Source of the DNA: a virus
UHGV virus genome: UHGV-2005300
DNA length: 38,727 nucleotides
Reading direction: 5' to 3' (one strand)
The first letter of the stretch is position 1; each line of letters opens with the position of its first letter. This document shows positions 17,350 to 30,085 of this stretch, piece by piece. The notes beneath the pieces are model-generated. The model saw nothing but the letters and a program-made list of their open reading frames with translations. It searched no databases and was not told where the DNA came from. Position numbers and translations under genes: made by a program.

Positions 17350-17809
17350 TCAACGTAAGGCGTTCCTCGATATGCTGGCGTGGTCGGAGGGAACTGATAA
17401 CGGACGTCAGAAAACCAGAAATCATGGTTATGACGTCATTGTTGGCGGAGAGCTATTCACTGATTACTCCGATCACCCTCGCAAACTTGTCACGCTAAAC
17501 CCCAAACTCAAATCAACAGCTGCAGGCCGTTACCAGCTTCTTTCCCGTTGGTGGGATGCCTATCGTAAGCAGCTTGGCCTGAAAGACTTCTCTCCGAAAA
17601 GCCAGGACGCTGTGGCACTGCAACAGATTAAAGAGCGTGGCGCTTTACCGATGATTGATCGCGGTGATATTCGTCAGGCTATCGACCGTTGCAGCAATAT
17701 CTGGGCTTCACTGCCGGGCGCTGGTTATGGCCAGTTCGAGCATAAGGCTGACAGCCTGATTGCAAAATTCAAAGAGGCTGGCGGAACGGTCAGAGAGATT
17801 GAGGTATGA
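17333..17809 (+). CDS. R: Endolysin R (lytic transglycosylase)
   Basis: 158 aa [39 protein letters not shown]... essentially lambda R. Confidence 0.9.
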   Translation: MVEINNQRKAFLDMLAWSEGTDNGRQKTRNHGYDVIVGGELFTDYSDHPRKLVTLNPKLKSTAAGRYQLLSRWWDAYRKQLGLKDFSPKSQDAVALQQIKERGALPMIDRGDIRQAIDRCSNIWASLPGAGYGQFEHKADSLIAKFKEAGGTVREIEV

Positions 17810-18243
17810 GCAGAGTCACCGCGATTATCTCCGCTCTGATTATCTGCATCATCGTCTGTCTGTCATGGGCTGTTAATCATTACCGTGATAACGCCATTAC
17901 CTATAAAGAACAGCGCGATAAAGCCACATCCATCATCGCTGACATGCAGAAGCGTCAACGTGATGTAGCAGAACTCGACGCCAGATACACAAAGGAGCTT
18001 GCTGATGCTAACGCGACTATCGAAAGTCTCCGTGCTGATGTTTCTGCTGGTCGTAAGCGCCTGCAAGTCGCCGCCACCTGTGCAAAGTCAACGACCGGAG
18101 CCAGCAGCATGGGCGATGGAGAAAGCCCAAGACTTACAGCAGATGCTGAACTCAATTATTACCGTCTCCGAAGTGGAATCGACAGGATAACCGCGCAGGT
18201 TAACTACTTGCAGGAATACATCAGGACGCAATGCCTTCGATGA
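17806..18243 (+). CDS. Rz: Spanin inner-membrane subunit Rz
   Basis: [34 protein letters not shown]... lambda-Rz-like N-terminus with a divergent periplasmic part. Confidence 0.85.
   Translation: MSRVTAIISALIICIIVCLSWAVNHYRDNAITYKEQRDKATSIIADMQKRQRDVAELDARYTKELADANATIESLRADVSAGRKRLQVAATCAKSTTGASSMGDGESPRLTADAELNYYRLRSGIDRITAQVNYLQEYIRTQCLR
17999..18190 (+). CDS. Rz1: Spanin outer-membrane lipoprotein Rz1, embedded in Rz in the +1 frame
   Basis: Signal peptide ending in lipobox VVSAC, then a proline-rich segment. Confidence 0.7.
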   Translation: MLMLTRLSKVSVLMFLLVVSACKSPPPVQSQRPEPAAWAMEKAQDLQQMLNSIITVSEVESTG

Positions 18244-18416
18244 TAGCGATAATTTTACTCATCATCCTTCACATCTGGCTCTGTAGACAGGGTGGTGATC
18301 ACTTCTGGAGTGAATCCAGATTAAACATCTCATTGCTGATGCTTGAAGTTGAGCATATGGCACGCGGTAAGGGGCTGCGTTGAGATAAGAGCCAGTCATT
18401 ACAAATACCAGGATTT

Positions 18417-18441
18417 AGCCTCGCATTTGCGGGGCTTTTTT
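18417..18441 (+). terminator. Intrinsic terminator after the lysis cassette
   Basis: Hairpin GCCTCGCA-ttt-GCGGGGCT followed by TTTTTT. Confidence 0.5.
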
Positions 18442-18587
18442 ACATCTGCAGTAAACCGCGCATCGCAGCGCGTAACAATCCCGAGTCTTTCAGAAAGCTG
18501 AGCCTGAGAACTGCCGTATATGGTGGCGACCATCTCGGGGCGGCTTTTCTGTGCGAACAGGCTCATCTTTCTAAAAGGTAAGACGCT

Positions 18588-19112
18588 ATGAATAATCATT
18601 CAGTTATTCCAGCCTTCGACTTCCGAGAAATGGTGCAAGCCAAAAACGGAGAGGTCGTTACCACATCCAGAAAAATTGCCAAGTACTTCGGCAAGCGACA
18701 CGGTGATGTTCTCAGGAAAATCGAGCAGGTTAAGGCTGATTGCTCGAGTGAGTTTAGCCAACGCAATTTTGCGTCGGCTGATTATATCGATGAGCAGGGT
18801 AAGGTTCGCCCGATGTACAGCCTGACGAAAGATGGCTGGATCATGGTTGTGATGGGGTTCACCGGGAAAGCTGCTGCGGCAATCAAGGAGAGCTATATCG
18901 CAGCATTCAACTGGATGGCAGAGCAACTGAGCCGCCGCATGGCAATTGGCGAAGAAATGCAGCACCGCTACGCCATCAAAGAAACACGCTCAAAGCTGAA
19001 AGGTACGATCGGCAGTCGGTTAATGAACGAACGGAAGAAAGAGAAGCGTGTCCTTGCTGTCGAGCATGAATACATCTTGCAGGTGACACAGCCTGAACTG
19101 CTGATTAATTGA
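18588..19112 (+). CDS. rha: Rha-family phage regulatory protein
   Basis: N-terminal VVTTSRKIAKYFGKRHGDVLRKIE typical of Rha; 174 aa. Confidence 0.8.
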   Translation: MNNHSVIPAFDFREMVQAKNGEVVTTSRKIAKYFGKRHGDVLRKIEQVKADCSSEFSQRNFASADYIDEQGKVRPMYSLTKDGWIMVVMGFTGKAAAAIKESYIAAFNWMAEQLSRRMAIGEEMQHRYAIKETRSKLKGTIGSRLMNERKKEKRVLAVEHEYILQVTQPELLIN

Positions 19113-19411
19113 AGATGCCATTACAAAGCCTATCTGCGGGTGGGCTTGATAATGAAACCGGAATTTATTCTGGGCAACCAGTTACGGCAGTACAGCGAAA
19201 CAACCCAAGCCAGTAAGTGGGGAAATAACACTGGCAGCCACTGAAAGATGAACCTCCAGCCTTATGGCAAAAAAGATTCTTTGTGGTGGCGGACTGATGG
19301 AAAGACATCGGTTATTGCAGAGGCCATTCAATGAGTGGTCTCGACAATGGCTTATACCCTACACGGGATAACTTAACTGATATCCCTTTTAACGGATAAA
19401 CGGAGCCAACA

Positions 19412-19654
19412 ATGGCAGAGATTATTCCCATGACTGAAGAACAGAAATTCCAGTTAGAGATTTACAAACTGGTCATGAACCAGAACGCAGCCGCAGAAGA
19501 AGCATTTCAGTTCATTGGCACTGACGAGCTGAAGCTTGAGCTATTCAAAATTCACTTCCAGTCAGGTGGCGCTAATTCAGATATCACGACCCGCACTATC
19601 GAAGCGGTGCGTAAATCGAAGGAAGCGTTAGACCTGTTCACTACCGGAGTGTAA
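19412..19654 (+). CDS. Hypothetical protein (80 aa)
   Basis: ORF-track ORF with GGAG ribosome-binding site. Confidence 0.5.
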   Translation: MAEIIPMTEEQKFQLEIYKLVMNQNAAAEEAFQFIGTDELKLELFKIHFQSGGANSDITTRTIEAVRKSKEALDLFTTGV

Positions 19655-19657
19655 GAG

Positions 19658-19945
19658 ATGACTGAACAAGAAATGCCGAGATACCAGTGCCACAAAAAAG
19701 TTCGCGCCCTGAAGATTGGCTCTATAGAACATAAGCCAAACCCAGATCAGCCTGGTAAGTCTGGCTCTTCTAGTTATGGGGCAATTATTCATCCGGATGA
19801 TAAGAAATACGCAGCATTTGATGTTAGCGCGGAATATATCTGTAAGCACCGACCAATGCCTGGAGGCTATTACGTTGTCTATGAGGATGGATATGAATCA
19901 TATTCTCCTGCTGAGGTATTTGAGTCTGGATATTCAAAATTATAG
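19658..19945 (+). CDS. Hypothetical protein (95 aa)
   Basis: ORF-track ORF immediately following the previous gene. Confidence 0.55.
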   Translation: MTEQEMPRYQCHKKVRALKIGSIEHKPNPDQPGKSGSSSYGAIIHPDDKKYAAFDVSAEYICKHRPMPGGYYVVYEDGYESYSPAEVFESGYSKL

Positions 19946-19954
19946 GAATCCTCT

Positions 19955-20133
19955 ATGACAATCGTCGTTGATCTTGGTAAGGAGAAGAAATTCCCAATTA
20001 CTCAAGAGCTATACGAGCGACTTGAAAGCGTCATCCATGATTACGATGGTGAAATCAGTTTATGCGAGGCGATTGGCACACTCGAATTGCTGAAGCAGTC
20101 ACTGATTGAAGGCGCGAAAGAGTCCTCAGCCTG
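19955..20133 (+). CDS. Hypothetical small protein (59 aa, MTIVVDLGKEKKF...)
   Basis: Under the ORF-track cutoff; fills the gap before the terminase genes. Confidence 0.35.
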
Positions 20134-20157
20134 AAATAACAACTAAGTGAGATGAAT

Positions 20158-20646
20158 ATGGCAGCACCAAAGGGCAACCGATTTTGGGAGGCCCGCAGTA
20201 GTCATGGGAGAAACCCTAAATTCGAATCGCCTGAGGCGCTGTGGGCTGCTTGTTGTGAATACTTCGAGTGGGCTGATGATAACCCGCTATGGGAGGGTAA
20301 GGTATTTTCATATCAGGGAGAAATAATTAAGGCTAATGTCCCTAAGATGCGAGCCATGACTATTTCAGGATTGTGTACCTTCCTTGATATCACCAGGCAA
20401 ACATGGGGAACCTTCCGGTCAATGGAAGGTTTTTCTGACGTCACATCACGAGCGGAAGACATCATCTACGACCAGAAATTCTCTGGCGCAGCCGCTGACC
20501 TTCTCAACGCTAACATCATCGCCCGTGATTTGGGCCTCAAAGAGCAGTCGCAAGTTGAAGACGTGACACCTGATAAGGGAGATCGCGATAAGCGACGCTC
20601 TCGTATCAAGGAGCTATTCAACCGTGGAACTGGACGCGATTCTTGA
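20158..20646 (+). CDS. Terminase small subunit (P22 gp3-like)
   Basis: 162 aa starting [23 protein letters not shown]22-gp3-like; start at the second ATG. Confidence 0.85.
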   Translation: MAAPKGNRFWEARSSHGRNPKFESPEALWAACCEYFEWADDNPLWEGKVFSYQGEIIKANVPKMRAMTISGLCTFLDITRQTWGTFRSMEGFSDVTSRAEDIIYDQKFSGAAADLLNANIIARDLGLKEQSQVEDVTPDKGDRDKRRSRIKELFNRGTGRDS

Positions 20647-22123
20647 TAACCTGAGCGACGAAGAGCAAATCGAATTGCTCGAGCTACTAGAAGAAGAAGA
20701 GAACTACCGGAACACACACCTGCTATATGAATTTACGCCATACAGCAAACAGCGTGAGTTCATCGACGCCGGACATGACTATCCAGAGCGATGTTTTATG
20801 GCTGGTAACCAGCTTGGTAAGTCATTTACTGGCGCTGCTGAAGTCGCGTTTCACCTTACCGGGCGTTATCCGGGCACAAAAGGCTATCCTGCTGATGGTA
20901 AATATGGCGGTGAGTGGAAAGGTAAGCGTTTCTATGAGCCTGTTGTCTTCTGGATTGGTGGCGAGACAAACGAGACGGTAACCAAAACGACTCAACGCAT
21001 CCTGTGCGGTCGTATTGAAGAGAATGATGAGCCGGGCTACGGTTCCATACCGAAAGAAGACATCATTAGCTGGAAGAAGTCTCCTTTCTTTCCGAACCTT
21101 GTTGATCATCTTCTGGTTAAGCATCACACGGCTGATGGCGTTGAAGATGGCATTTCAATCTGCTACTTCAAACCATACTCGCAAGGCCGTGCTCGCTGGC
21201 AGGGTGACACAATCCACGGCGTGTGGTTTGACGAAGAGCCACCATACAGCATTTATGGCGAAGGTCTTACCCGTACCAACAAATACGGGCAATTCTCAAT
21301 CCTGACGTTTACCCCGCTGATGGGGATGTCTGACGTTGTTACCAAGTTCCTGAAGAATCCCAGCAAGTCGCAGAAAGTGGTCAACATGACCATCTATGAC
21401 GCTGAGCACTATACCGACGAGCAGAAAGAGCAAATCATCGCATCCTATCCAGAGCATGAGAGAGAGGCTCGAGCTCGCGGTATTCCTACGATGGGTAGTG
21501 GTCGAATCTTCCAGATACCGGAAGAGACGATTAAGTGTCAGCCGTTCGAGTGTCCTGATCACTTCTACGTAATTGGCGGTATGGATTTCGGATGGGATCA
21601 CCCGCAGGCGCAGGTTCAGCTTTGGTGGGATAAGGACGCAGACATAATCTACCTTTCACGCGTTTGGAAGGCGAAAGAAAAGACAGCCGTTCAGGCGTGG
21701 GGAGCTGTTAAACCATGGGCGCATAAAGTGCCAACCGCATGGCCTCATGACGGAAACCAGCACGAGAAGGGCGGCGGTGAGCAGCTCAAAGGGCAGTATG
21801 CGGACGCTGGATTTATGATGTTGCAGGAGCATGCGACATGGCCTGATGGCGGTAACGCTGTTGAGCCTGGCATCACTGAATTGCGAGACATGATGCTCGA
21901 CGGTCGCTTCAAAGTATTCAACACCTGTGAGCCATTCTTTGAGGAGTTCCGCCTCTATCACCGTGATGAAAACGGGAAAATCGTCAAGCTTAACGACGAC
22001 GTTCTCTCAGCCGTTCGCTATGCATACATGATGCGCCGCTTCGCCAAAATGATGCGCGACATCAAAAAACCAAAAGAGAAAAAGATACCAGCCCCAATCA
22101 GGCCCATCGCACGGAGAACTTAA
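20624..22123 (+). CDS. Terminase large subunit (P22 gp2-like)
   Basis: 499 aa; GTG start overlapping the terS 3' end; followed directly by portal. Confidence 0.9.
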   Translation: MELDAILDNLSDEEQIELLELLEEEENYRNTHLLYEFTPYSKQREFIDAGHDYPERCFMAGNQLGKSFTGAAEVAFHLTGRYPGTKGYPADGKYGGEWKGKRFYEPVVFWIGGETNETVTKTTQRILCGRIEENDEPGYGSIPKEDIISWKKSPFFPNLVDHLLVKHHTADGVEDGISICYFKPYSQGRARWQGDTIHGVWFDEEPPYSIYGEGLTRTNKYGQFSILTFTPLMGMSDVVTKFLKNPSKSQKVVNMTIYDAEHYTDEQKEQIIASYPEHEREARARGIPTMGSGRIFQIPEETIKCQPFECPDHFYVIGGMDFGWDHPQAQVQLWWDKDADIIYLSRVWKAKEKTAVQAWGAVKPWAHKVPTAWPHDGNQHEKGGGEQLKGQYADAGFMMLQEHATWPDGGNAVEPGITELRDMMLDGRFKVFNTCEPFFEEFRLYHRDENGKIVKLNDDVLSAVRYAYMMRRFAKMMRDIKKPKEKKIPAPIRPIARRT

Positions 22124-24289
22124 ATGGCCGACGAAAACAGACTCAATTCCATTCTGTGTAAGTTTGACGCGGACTGGATGGCGAGCGATGAAGCCAGAAC
22201 CGAGGCGACAAATGACCTGTATTTTAGCCGAGTGTCGCAATGGGATGACTGGCTATCAAACTACACTACCCTGCAATATCGCGGACAATTCGATGTTGTT
22301 CGCCCGGTGGTCAGGAAACTGGTCGCAGAGATGCGCCGGAACCCTATCGACGTTCTATTCAGACCAAAAGACGGCGCTAATCCTGATGCTGCCGATGTGT
22401 TGATGGGAATGTATCGTACTGATATGCGCCATAACACGGCAAAGATTGCCGTTAACGTTGGAGTTCGTGAGCAGATAGAGTCCGGCGTTGGTGCATGGCG
22501 TCTGGTCACCCAGTACGAAGACAACGACCCAACAAGCAACAATCAGGTAATCCGACGCCTGCCAATCCATGAAGCTTGCTCACACGTTATATGGGACGCC
22601 AACAGCAAGCAGATGGATAAGAGCGACGCTAAGCATTGCACGGTGATTAACGCCTTGTCGCGCAATGGCTGGAAAGAGTTCGCAGAGGATTACGGTATTG
22701 ACCCGGATACCTTGCCATCTTTCCAGAATCCTAACGATACATGGCTATTCCCGTGGGTGTCGAATGATGTCGTCTACGTCGCTGAGTATTACGAGGTAGA
22801 AGAGAAGAAGGAGAAGGTCTTCATCTACCGCGACCCGCTGACAGGTGAGCCGGTCAGCTATTACCAGCAGGATATCAAAGACGTCATCGACGACCTGGCT
22901 AATCGTGGATTCATTAAGGTAGCAGAGCGCAAGTTGAAGCGTCGGCGTGTGTATAAGTCGATCATCACCTGCACGCAGATACTGAAAGACCGCGAGAAGA
23001 TAGCCGGAGAGCATATTCCAATCGTTCCAGTGTATGGCGAATGGTCATTCGCTGGTGACAAGGAGTGCTACGAAGGAGTGGTAAGGCTGACGAAAGACGG
23101 TCAACGCCTTCGTAACATGATCATGTCGTTCAACGCCGATATTGTTGCTCGTTCACCGAAGAAGAAACCTACCTTCTTCCCTGAGCAAATCGAAGGCTAC
23201 GAATACATGTACGGTGGAAATGATGACTATCCGTACTATCTGCAGAACAGGACCGATGAAAACGGTAACGACCTGCCGATAGGTCCAATCTCCTACATGG
23301 AAAACCCTGAAGTGCCGCAAGCCAACGCTTACATGCTTGAGGCTGCCACCAACGCAGTGAAAGAGGTGGCTAGTCTTGGCGTTGATGCGCAGGCGGCAAA
23401 TGGTCAGGTCGCTTTCGATACCGTCAATCAACTGAACATGCGGGCAGACCTTGAGACATACGTGTTTCAGGATAACCTGGCTACCGCAATGCGACGTGAT
23501 GGCGAGATTTATGCCTCAATGGTCAACGATATTTATGACGTTCCTCGTCATGTAACGCTGACACTTGAAGATGGAAGCGAGAAAGACATTCAACTCTATG
23601 CGCAAGTTGTAGATTACCAGTCTGGCAATGTGGTCACACTCAACGACATTCGCGGTCGCTATGAGTGCTATACAGACGTTGGACCATCCTTCCAGAGTAT
23701 GAAGGAACAGAACCGCGCAGAGATTCAGGAGTTACTCACCAAGGTTCCGCAAGGTACTCCAGAGTTCCAGATGCTGATGCTGCAATACTTCACGCTGCTT
23801 GACGGTAAAGGCGTCGAGATGATGCGAGAGTACGCGAACAAGCAACTGGTGATGATGGGGCTGAAGAAACCAGAAACACCTGAAGAGATGGAGATGGTGC
23901 AGCAGGCACAACAACAGCCGCAGCAGCCATCAGCAGAGCAAATTCAGGCGCAGGGTATCCTTCTGCAAGGTCAGGCTGAATTGCTCAAGGCAGAGAACCA
24001 ACAGGCGCAGATTCAGGTTGAAGCTGCCAAGGTTGAAGCCCAAAACCAACTCAACGCCGCGAAGATTGCAGAAATCTTCAACAATATGGACCTCGACAAG
24101 CAGGCAGAACTGCGTGAGTACCTCAAGCTCGTAGGTCAATTCCAGCAACAGCGCAGCAAAGATGCTCGTGCTAACGCTGAGCTGCTTCTTAAAGATGCAG
24201 ACCAGACTCATTCACAACGCATGGATTTCGCGAATCTTATGCGTCAAGTTCAAATCCCCTCCGGCGGAGTAGCCGAGACACCTCAATAA
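22124..24289 (+). CDS. Portal protein (P22 gp1-like)
   Basis: 721 aa with a Gln-rich coiled-coil C-terminal barrel region typical of P22-like portals. Confidence 0.9.
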   Translation: MADENRLNSILCKFDADWMASDEARTEATNDLYFSRVSQWDDWLSNYTTLQYRGQFDVVRPVVRKLVAEMRRNPIDVLFRPKDGANPDAADVLMGMYRTDMRHNTAKIAVNVGVREQIESGVGAWRLVTQYEDNDPTSNNQVIRRLPIHEACSHVIWDANSKQMDKSDAKHCTVINALSRNGWKEFAEDYGIDPDTLPSFQNPNDTWLFPWVSNDVVYVAEYYEVEEKKEKVFIYRDPLTGEPVSYYQQDIKDVIDDLANRGFIKVAERKLKRRRVYKSIITCTQILKDREKIAGEHIPIVPVYGEWSFAGDKECYEGVVRLTKDGQRLRNMIMSFNADIVARSPKKKPTFFPEQIEGYEYMYGGNDDYPYYLQNRTDENGNDLPIGPISYMENPEVPQANAYMLEAATNAVKEVASLGVDAQAANGQVAFDTVNQLNMRADLETYVFQDNLATAMRRDGEIYASMVNDIYDVPRHVTLTLEDGSEKDIQLYAQVVDYQSGNVVTLNDIRGRYECYTDVGPSFQSMKEQNRAEIQELLTKVPQGTPEFQMLMLQYFTLLDGKGVEMMREYANKQLVMMGLKKPETPEEMEMVQQAQQQPQQPSAEQIQAQGILLQGQAELLKAENQQAQIQVEAAKVEAQNQLNAAKIAEIFNNMDLDKQAELREYLKLVGQFQQQRSKDARANAELLLKDADQTHSQRMDFANLMRQVQIPSGGVAETPQ

Positions 24290-24302
24290 GAGAGAGTTAA
24301 TC

Positions 24303-25214
24303 ATGGACCAAACCACCGACATTCAGGCTTCTGAAGAATTAACCCTGCCCGGCAATCATGCAGCGGCATCTGCTGATGGCTTAGTTGTCGATAATGCCAA
24401 CGACAACGCAGGTCAGGAAGAAGGCTTCGAGATTGTCCTGAAAGACGATGAGAAACCAAAACAAGACCCGGCAACTAATGCTGAATTTGCCCGTCGCCGC
24501 ATCGAACGCAAACGCCAGCGTGAGCTTGAGCAGCAGATGGAAGCGGTTAAGCGTGGAGAGTTGCCGGAGCACCTGCGGGTGAACCCTGAGTTACCAAAAC
24601 AACCAGACCCTAACGATTATCTTTCCGAAGACGCACTGGCTAAGTACGACTATGACCAGAGCCGCGCACTGGCTGCCTTCCAGCAGGCAAACAGTGAATG
24701 GCAGATCAAGGCTATGGACGCACGAAGCCAGGCTGTCGCCGAGCAGGGTCGCAAAACTCAGGAGTTCACCCAGCAATCAGCGCAATACGTCGAGGCAGCC
24801 CGTAAGCACTACGACGCAGCGGAAAAGCTCAATATCCCTGACTATCAGGAGAAAGAGGATGCATTCATGCAACTGGTGCCGCCAGCAGTCGGTGCCGACA
24901 TCATGCGCCTCTTCCCGGAGAAATCCGCTGCTCTCATGTATCACCTTGGTGCTAATCCTGAGAAAACACGCCAGTTGCTGGCGATGGACGGGCAATCCGC
25001 GTTGATTGAACTCACTCGACTGTCAGAACGTTTAACTCTCAAGCCTCGAGCCAAGCCTGTTTCAGAAGCCCCGTTACCTGATGAACCCATTCAGGGACAC
25101 GCTGTTGCTGCAAATATCTCTGCGATTGAAAAGCAGATGGAAGCGGCAGCAAACAAAGGGGATGTAGAGACGTACCGCAAGCTCAAGGCGCAACTGAATA
25201 AAGGAATTCGATAA
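24303..25214 (+). CDS. Scaffolding protein (P22 gp8-like)
   Basis: 303 aa, helical and charged; between portal and coat. Confidence 0.85.
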   Translation: MDQTTDIQASEELTLPGNHAAASADGLVVDNANDNAGQEEGFEIVLKDDEKPKQDPATNAEFARRRIERKRQRELEQQMEAVKRGELPEHLRVNPELPKQPDPNDYLSEDALAKYDYDQSRALAAFQQANSEWQIKAMDARSQAVAEQGRKTQEFTQQSAQYVEAARKHYDAAEKLNIPDYQEKEDAFMQLVPPAVGADIMRLFPEKSAALMYHLGANPEKTRQLLAMDGQSALIELTRLSERLTLKPRAKPVSEAPLPDEPIQGHAVAANISAIEKQMEAAANKGDVETYRKLKAQLNKGIR

Positions 25215-26509
25215 TGGCATTAAATGAAGGTCAACTGGTCACGTATGCTCTGGATGAAATCATCGAAACCGTCCAGAACCTGACGCCAATGGCGTCCAAA
25301 GTGACAAAATACACCCCTCCGGCAGAATCCATGCAGCGTTCAAGCAACACCGTGTGGATGCCTGTTGAGCAGGAAGCGCCAACCCAGACTGGCTGGGATT
25401 TAACTGGCAACGCAACCGGGATTCTGGAACTCTCCGTGAAATGCAACATGGGCGACCCGGATAACGATTTTTTCGAGCTTCGTGCAGATGACCTGCGTGA
25501 TGAGCGTTCTTACCGTCGCCGCATCCAGGCATCCGCCAAAAAACTGGCGAATAACATTGAGTCAGCGATTGCCAAACAGGCAACTGAAATGGGCTCGCTT
25601 GTTGTTCACGATACCCGCGCAATTGGTCCATCTACTGGCCTGTCTGGCTGGGATTTTGTGTCTGATGCAGAGCGCCTGATGTTCTCCCGTGAGCTAAACC
25701 GCGATATGGGCATCAGTTACTTCCTGAACCCTGACGATTACCGCAAAGCAGGCCGCAACCTGGTAGATGGTGACATCTTTGGGCGCGTTCCTGAAGAAGC
25801 GTATCGTAACGGTACTATTCAGCGTCAGATTGCTGGATTTGATGAAATTCTTCGCTCACCGAAACTTCCGGCAGTTACCAAGTCAACCGCTACTGGTGTA
25901 ACTGTTTCTGGTGCGCAGAAGTTTAAGCCGCAGGCATACACCCTTGATACCGATGGTAACAAAGAGAACGTCGACAACCGTGTTGCAACGGTGACCGTAT
26001 CATCTACCACCGGATTTAAGCGCGGCGACAAAATCAGCTTCACTGGTGTGAAATTCCTATCTCAGATGGCGAAGAACGTGCTGACTGATGATGCTACTTT
26101 CTCAATCACCCGTGTGATCGATGGTACTCACATCGAAATCACGCCGAAGCCGATTGCGCTGGATGACGCGTCACTGACAAAAGAAGAGAAGGCTTACGCT
26201 AATGTAAACACCTCTCTTGCTGATTCCACTCCGGTAAACGTTCTGAACGTGGCAACAACCACCGCTAACGTGTTCTGGGCTGATGACTCAATCCGTCTGC
26301 TGTCTCAGCCGATCCCGGTAACCCATGAACTGTTTGCTGGCATGAAAACGTCTTCCTTCAGCATTCCTGGTATTGGTGTTAACGGCATCTTCGCAACGCA
26401 GGGTGATATCAACACTCTGTCTGGTAAGTGCCGTATTGCTGTGTGGTATTCAGCATGTGCTGTACGACCAGAGGCAATTGGTGTTGGTCTGCCTAACCAG
26501 ACCGCGTGA
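25214..26509 (+). CDS. Major coat protein (P22 gp5-like)
   Basis: 431 aa starting [16 protein letters not shown]; followed by a strong terminator. Confidence 0.9.
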   Translation: MALNEGQLVTYALDEIIETVQNLTPMASKVTKYTPPAESMQRSSNTVWMPVEQEAPTQTGWDLTGNATGILELSVKCNMGDPDNDFFELRADDLRDERSYRRRIQASAKKLANNIESAIAKQATEMGSLVVHDTRAIGPSTGLSGWDFVSDAERLMFSRELNRDMGISYFLNPDDYRKAGRNLVDGDIFGRVPEEAYRNGTIQRQIAGFDEILRSPKLPAVTKSTATGVTVSGAQKFKPQAYTLDTDGNKENVDNRVATVTVSSTTGFKRGDKISFTGVKFLSQMAKNVLTDDATFSITRVIDGTHIEITPKPIALDDASLTKEEKAYANVNTSLADSTPVNVLNVATTTANVFWADDSIRLLSQPIPVTHELFAGMKTSSFSIPGIGVNGIFATQGDINTLSGKCRIAVWYSACAVRPEAIGVGLPNQTA

Positions 26510-26513
26510 TAAC

Positions 26514-26540
26514 CAGAGGGAGCTTCGGCTCCCTTTTTTA
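26514..26540 (+). terminator. Intrinsic terminator after the coat gene
   Basis: GAGGGAGC-ttcg-GCTCCC followed by TTTTTT. Confidence 0.7.
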
Positions 26541-26553
26541 TCTGGAGACAAGC

Positions 26554-26778
26554 ATGACACACATGATCTTTCGTCATGGCGACATGAAGAAATGGAAAGG
26601 CGTTGGATACGACTTTGAAATCGTGAAAGCCGAAGAGCTTCAGGAATATCTGGATGCTGGCTGGTTTTCACATCCTGATGACCTTTTGAAGGATGTTGCA
26701 GAGCAAGAAGAAAAACAGCGTAAAAAGCCTGGTCGAAAACCTAAGGCGGCAGCAGATGAACCTGACAACGAAGGGTGA
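26554..26778 (+). CDS. Hypothetical protein (74 aa) between coat and gp4
   Basis: GGAGA ribosome-binding site; ORF-track ORF trimmed to the first RBS-supported ATG. Confidence 0.5.
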   Translation: MTHMIFRHGDMKKWKGVGYDFEIVKAEELQEYLDAGWFSHPDDLLKDVAEQEEKQRKKPGRKPKAAADEPDNEG

Positions 26779-27256
26779 TTTAGTTCTTGCGGCATTACGT
26801 AAGCTCGGTGTGGCATCAAATGCCACGTTAACCGATGTCGAACCTCAGTCCATGGAAGATGGTGTCAACGACCTTGAAATGATGATGGCGGAATGGCTTG
26901 GCGGTGATGCGTCACCTGGTATCAACGTTGGCTACATTTTTGCTGATGCAGATGTCGCTCCGGATCCTGGCGATGAGCACGGTTTGTCAAATAACGCTAT
27001 CAATGCCGTCATTTTCAACCTTGCCTGCCGCATTGCTCCAGATTATGCGCTGGAAGCGTCTGCAAAACTTATAACCACTGCCAGATACGGGAAAGAGCGA
27101 CTCGTCAAACTGTCTGCAATGGACAGAGCAAAAGCCGCTAAATGTAAGTCCGGTTATCCAAACCGTATGCCTGTTGGTAGCGGTAATCAGTTGGCGAAGT
27201 GGAACGGTTGGAATTACTTCCACCGAAAGGAACCTTGCGATAACGGGAGCGAATAA
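26756..27256 (+). CDS. Head completion / tail adaptor protein (P22 gp4-like)
   Basis: 166 aa from the internal [16 protein letters not shown] region P22-gp4-like. Confidence 0.8.
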   Translation: MNLTTKGDLVLAALRKLGVASNATLTDVEPQSMEDGVNDLEMMMAEWLGGDASPGINVGYIFADADVAPDPGDEHGLSNNAINAVIFNLACRIAPDYALEASAKLITTARYGKERLVKLSAMDRAKAAKCKSGYPNRMPVGSGNQLAKWNGWNYFHRKEPCDNGSE

Positions 27257-28675
27257 ATGCCGATTCAGCAACTTCCGCTTATGAAAGGTGTCGGCAAAGA
27301 CTTCCGAAATGCCGACTATATCGACTATCTGCCAGTGAATATGTTGGCTACACCCAAAGAAATCCTGAACAGCAGCGGATATCTTCGCTCATTCCCTGGC
27401 ATTGCAAAACGTTCTGATGTGAACGGTGTATCTCGCGGTGTCGAGTACAACATGGCGCAGAATGCTGTTTATCGCGTGTGTGGTGGCAAACTGTACAAAG
27501 GAGAAAATGCAGTCGGTGATGTTGCCGGAAGTGGTCGCGTATCAATGGCGCATGGTCGGACATCTCAGGCTGTAGGCGTTAATGGTCAACTGGTCGAGTA
27601 TCGCTATGATGGCACGGTTAAAACCGTCTCAAACTGGCCTACAGACAGCGGATTCACTCAGTATGAGTTAGGTTCAGTTCGCGACATTACGCGCTTACGT
27701 GGGCGTTATGCGTGGTCAAAAGACGGAACTGATTCATGGTTTATCACTGACCCTGAAGACGAATCGCACCCTGACCGATACAGTGCACAATATCGCGCAG
27801 AATCGCAGCCGGACGGCATCATCGGTATCGGGACATGGCGAGACTTCATCGTCTGCTTTGGTTCATCGACGATTGAGTATTTTTCCCTGACTGGTGCAAC
27901 CACCGTTGGTGCTGCTTTGTATGTCGCCCAGCCATCGCTGATGGTGCAGAAAGGCATTGCCGGAACCTACTGCAAAACGCCGTTTGCTGACTCGTATGCG
28001 TTCATCAGCAATCCGGCAACAGGTGCGCCGTCTGTGTATATCATCGGCTCCGGTCAGGTATCACCAATCGCCAGCGCGAGCATTGAGAAAATTCTCCGCT
28101 CCTACACTGCTGATGAACTGGCTGAGGGTGTGATGGAGTCTCTGCGATTTGATGCGCATGAGTTGCTGATTATCCACCTTCCTCGCCATGTTCTCGTGTA
28201 CGACGCATCTTCAAGCGCCAATGGTCCGCAATGGTGCGTACTGAAAACAGGACTGTATGACGATGTGTACCGCGCTATTGACTTCATTTACGAAGGCAAT
28301 CAGATAACGTGCGGCGATAAGCTGGAGTCCGTGACCGGGAAATTGCAATTCGATATCAGTAGCCAGTACGACAAGCAACAGGAACACCTTCTGTTTACTC
28401 CGTTGTTCAAAGCAGATAACGCCAGATGCTTTGATCTGGAGGTGGAATCATCGACGGGTGTTGCGCAGTACGCTGACCGCCTGTTTCTGTCTGCAACCAC
28501 TGATGGCATCAATTGGGGTCGTGAGCAGATGATTGAGCAGAATGAACCGTTCGTTTACGACAAACGCGTTTTGTGGAAAAAAGTAGGGCGCATCAGGAAA
28601 AACATTGGCTTCAAATTGCGCGTTATCACTAAGTCACCTGTCACTCTGTCTGGTTGCCAGATAAGGATTGAGTAA
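27257..28675 (+). CDS. Tail hub protein (P22 gp10-like)
   Basis: 472 aa starting [29 protein letters not shown]. Confidence 0.85.
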   Translation: MPIQQLPLMKGVGKDFRNADYIDYLPVNMLATPKEILNSSGYLRSFPGIAKRSDVNGVSRGVEYNMAQNAVYRVCGGKLYKGENAVGDVAGSGRVSMAHGRTSQAVGVNGQLVEYRYDGTVKTVSNWPTDSGFTQYELGSVRDITRLRGRYAWSKDGTDSWFITDPEDESHPDRYSAQYRAESQPDGIIGIGTWRDFIVCFGSSTIEYFSLTGATTVGAALYVAQPSLMVQKGIAGTYCKTPFADSYAFISNPATGAPSVYIIGSGQVSPIASASIEKILRSYTADELAEGVMESLRFDAHELLIIHLPRHVLVYDASSSANGPQWCVLKTGLYDDVYRAIDFIYEGNQITCGDKLESVTGKLQFDISSQYDKQQEHLLFTPLFKADNARCFDLEVESSTGVAQYADRLFLSATTDGINWGREQMIEQNEPFVYDKRVLWKKVGRIRKNIGFKLRVITKSPVTLSGCQIRIE

Positions 28676-29628
28676 TGGCTGATTCGAATCTCAATGAGCC
28701 GGTAATCATTCAGGCTACACGGCTCGACACATCAGTCCTTCCACGCAATATCTTCTCGCAGTCATATCTGCTGTACGTTATCGCACAGGGTACTGATGTT
28801 GGTAACGTGGCGAACAAGGCCAACGAAGCAGGGAAGGGGGCTTATGATGCACAGGTGAAGAATGATGAGCAGGATGTCACCCTTGCAGACCATGAATCCA
28901 GAATTGAAGCTGCTGAAGCAACTCTCAACAATCATGAACATAGAATCTCAGCAGCGGAAAGCACTCTTGCAGATCATGAAACAAGGATTACGGCTGCTGA
29001 AACAGAGTTGGCTGATCACGAGGCGCGAATTGCTGCTAATGAATCTGAGTTAGCAAACCATGATGTGCGCATTACTCAGAATACAGACGATATCGAAGCA
29101 CTTGATACCAGGCTCACAGCGGCAGATGGAAGTATTTCGACGCTACAAAGCACAGTTGGTGATCACTCAACAAGAATATCTGCGCTTGAGTATGCCACTA
29201 CGCGCAAGAAGTCAGAGGTTGTTTACTCTGGCGTATCTGTCACCATCCCGACAGCGCCGACCAACCTTGTTAGCCTGCTGAAAACGCTCACGCCGTCATC
29301 CGGCACGTTGGCACCATTCTTCGATACCGTTAACAACAAGATGGTTGTGTTCAACGAGAACAAAACCTTGTTCTTCAAGCTGTCGATCGTCGGGACGTGG
29401 CCCAGCGGAACCGCTAACAGATCAATGCAGCTAACCTTTTCCGGCTCTGTTCCTGACACACTGGTTAGCAGTCGTAATGCGGCGACAACAACCGACAACA
29501 TCCTGTTAGCTACGTTCTTCAGCGTGGATAAAGACGGATTTCTTGCCACAAATGGCAGTACGTTAACCATTCAGTCAAATGATGCGGCGTTTACTGCCAC
29601 AACCATCAAGATAATCGCGGAGCAGTAA
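28675..29628 (+). CDS. Tail needle (P22 gp26-like N-terminus and coiled coil, plus a C-terminal knob domain)
   Basis: [43 protein letters not shown] then heptad repeats, then about 140 aa of non-coiled-coil sequence. Confidence 0.85.
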   Translation: MADSNLNEPVIIQATRLDTSVLPRNIFSQSYLLYVIAQGTDVGNVANKANEAGKGAYDAQVKNDEQDVTLADHESRIEAAEATLNNHEHRISAAESTLADHETRITAAETELADHEARIAANESELANHDVRITQNTDDIEALDTRLTAADGSISTLQSTVGDHSTRISALEYATTRKKSEVVYSGVSVTIPTAPTNLVSLLKTLTPSSGTLAPFFDTVNNKMVVFNENKTLFFKLSIVGTWPSGTANRSMQLTFSGSVPDTLVSSRNAATTTDNILLATFFSVDKDGFLATNGSTLTIQSNDAAFTATTIKIIAEQ

Positions 29629-30083
29629 TGATTCAGTTCAAACCAACGCGAAACATCGACCTGATCGAAGCAGTCGGAAATCACCCTGACATTATCGCCG
29701 GAAGCAATAACGGTGATGGATACGACTACAAGCCTGAATGCCGTTACTTCGAGGTGAACGTGCACGGGCAGTTCGGCGGCATTGTTTACTATCAGGAGAT
29801 TCAGCCGCTGACATTCGATTGCCACGCCATGTATCTGCCAGAGATTCGCGGCTTCAGCAAGGAAATCGGGCTGGCGTTCTGGCGATACATTCTGACTAAC
29901 ACCACCGTTCAGTGCATCACATCGTTCGCTGCACGCAAATTCCGCCACGGGCAGATGTACTGCGCAATGATTGGCCTTAAGCGTGTAGGAACCATCAAGA
30001 AATACTTCAAAGGCGTGGATGACGTGACGTTTTACAGCGCCACACGCGAAGAACTAATCGACTTCCTGAATCACGGGAGATAG
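29628..30083 (+). CDS. Head-associated protein (P22 gp14-like)
   Basis: 151 aa in the conserved position after the needle. Confidence 0.8.
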   Translation: MIQFKPTRNIDLIEAVGNHPDIIAGSNNGDGYDYKPECRYFEVNVHGQFGGIVYYQEIQPLTFDCHAMYLPEIRGFSKEIGLAFWRYILTNTTVQCITSFAARKFRHGQMYCAMIGLKRVGTIKKYFKGVDDVTFYSATREELIDFLNHGR

Positions 30084-30085
30084 CC

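Noticed and set aside
18399-18599. 66-aa minus-strand ORF between Rz and the Rha gene
   Set aside because: No signal peptide or lipobox as expected for a Bor-like protein; overlaps the Rha start and covers terminator hairpins.
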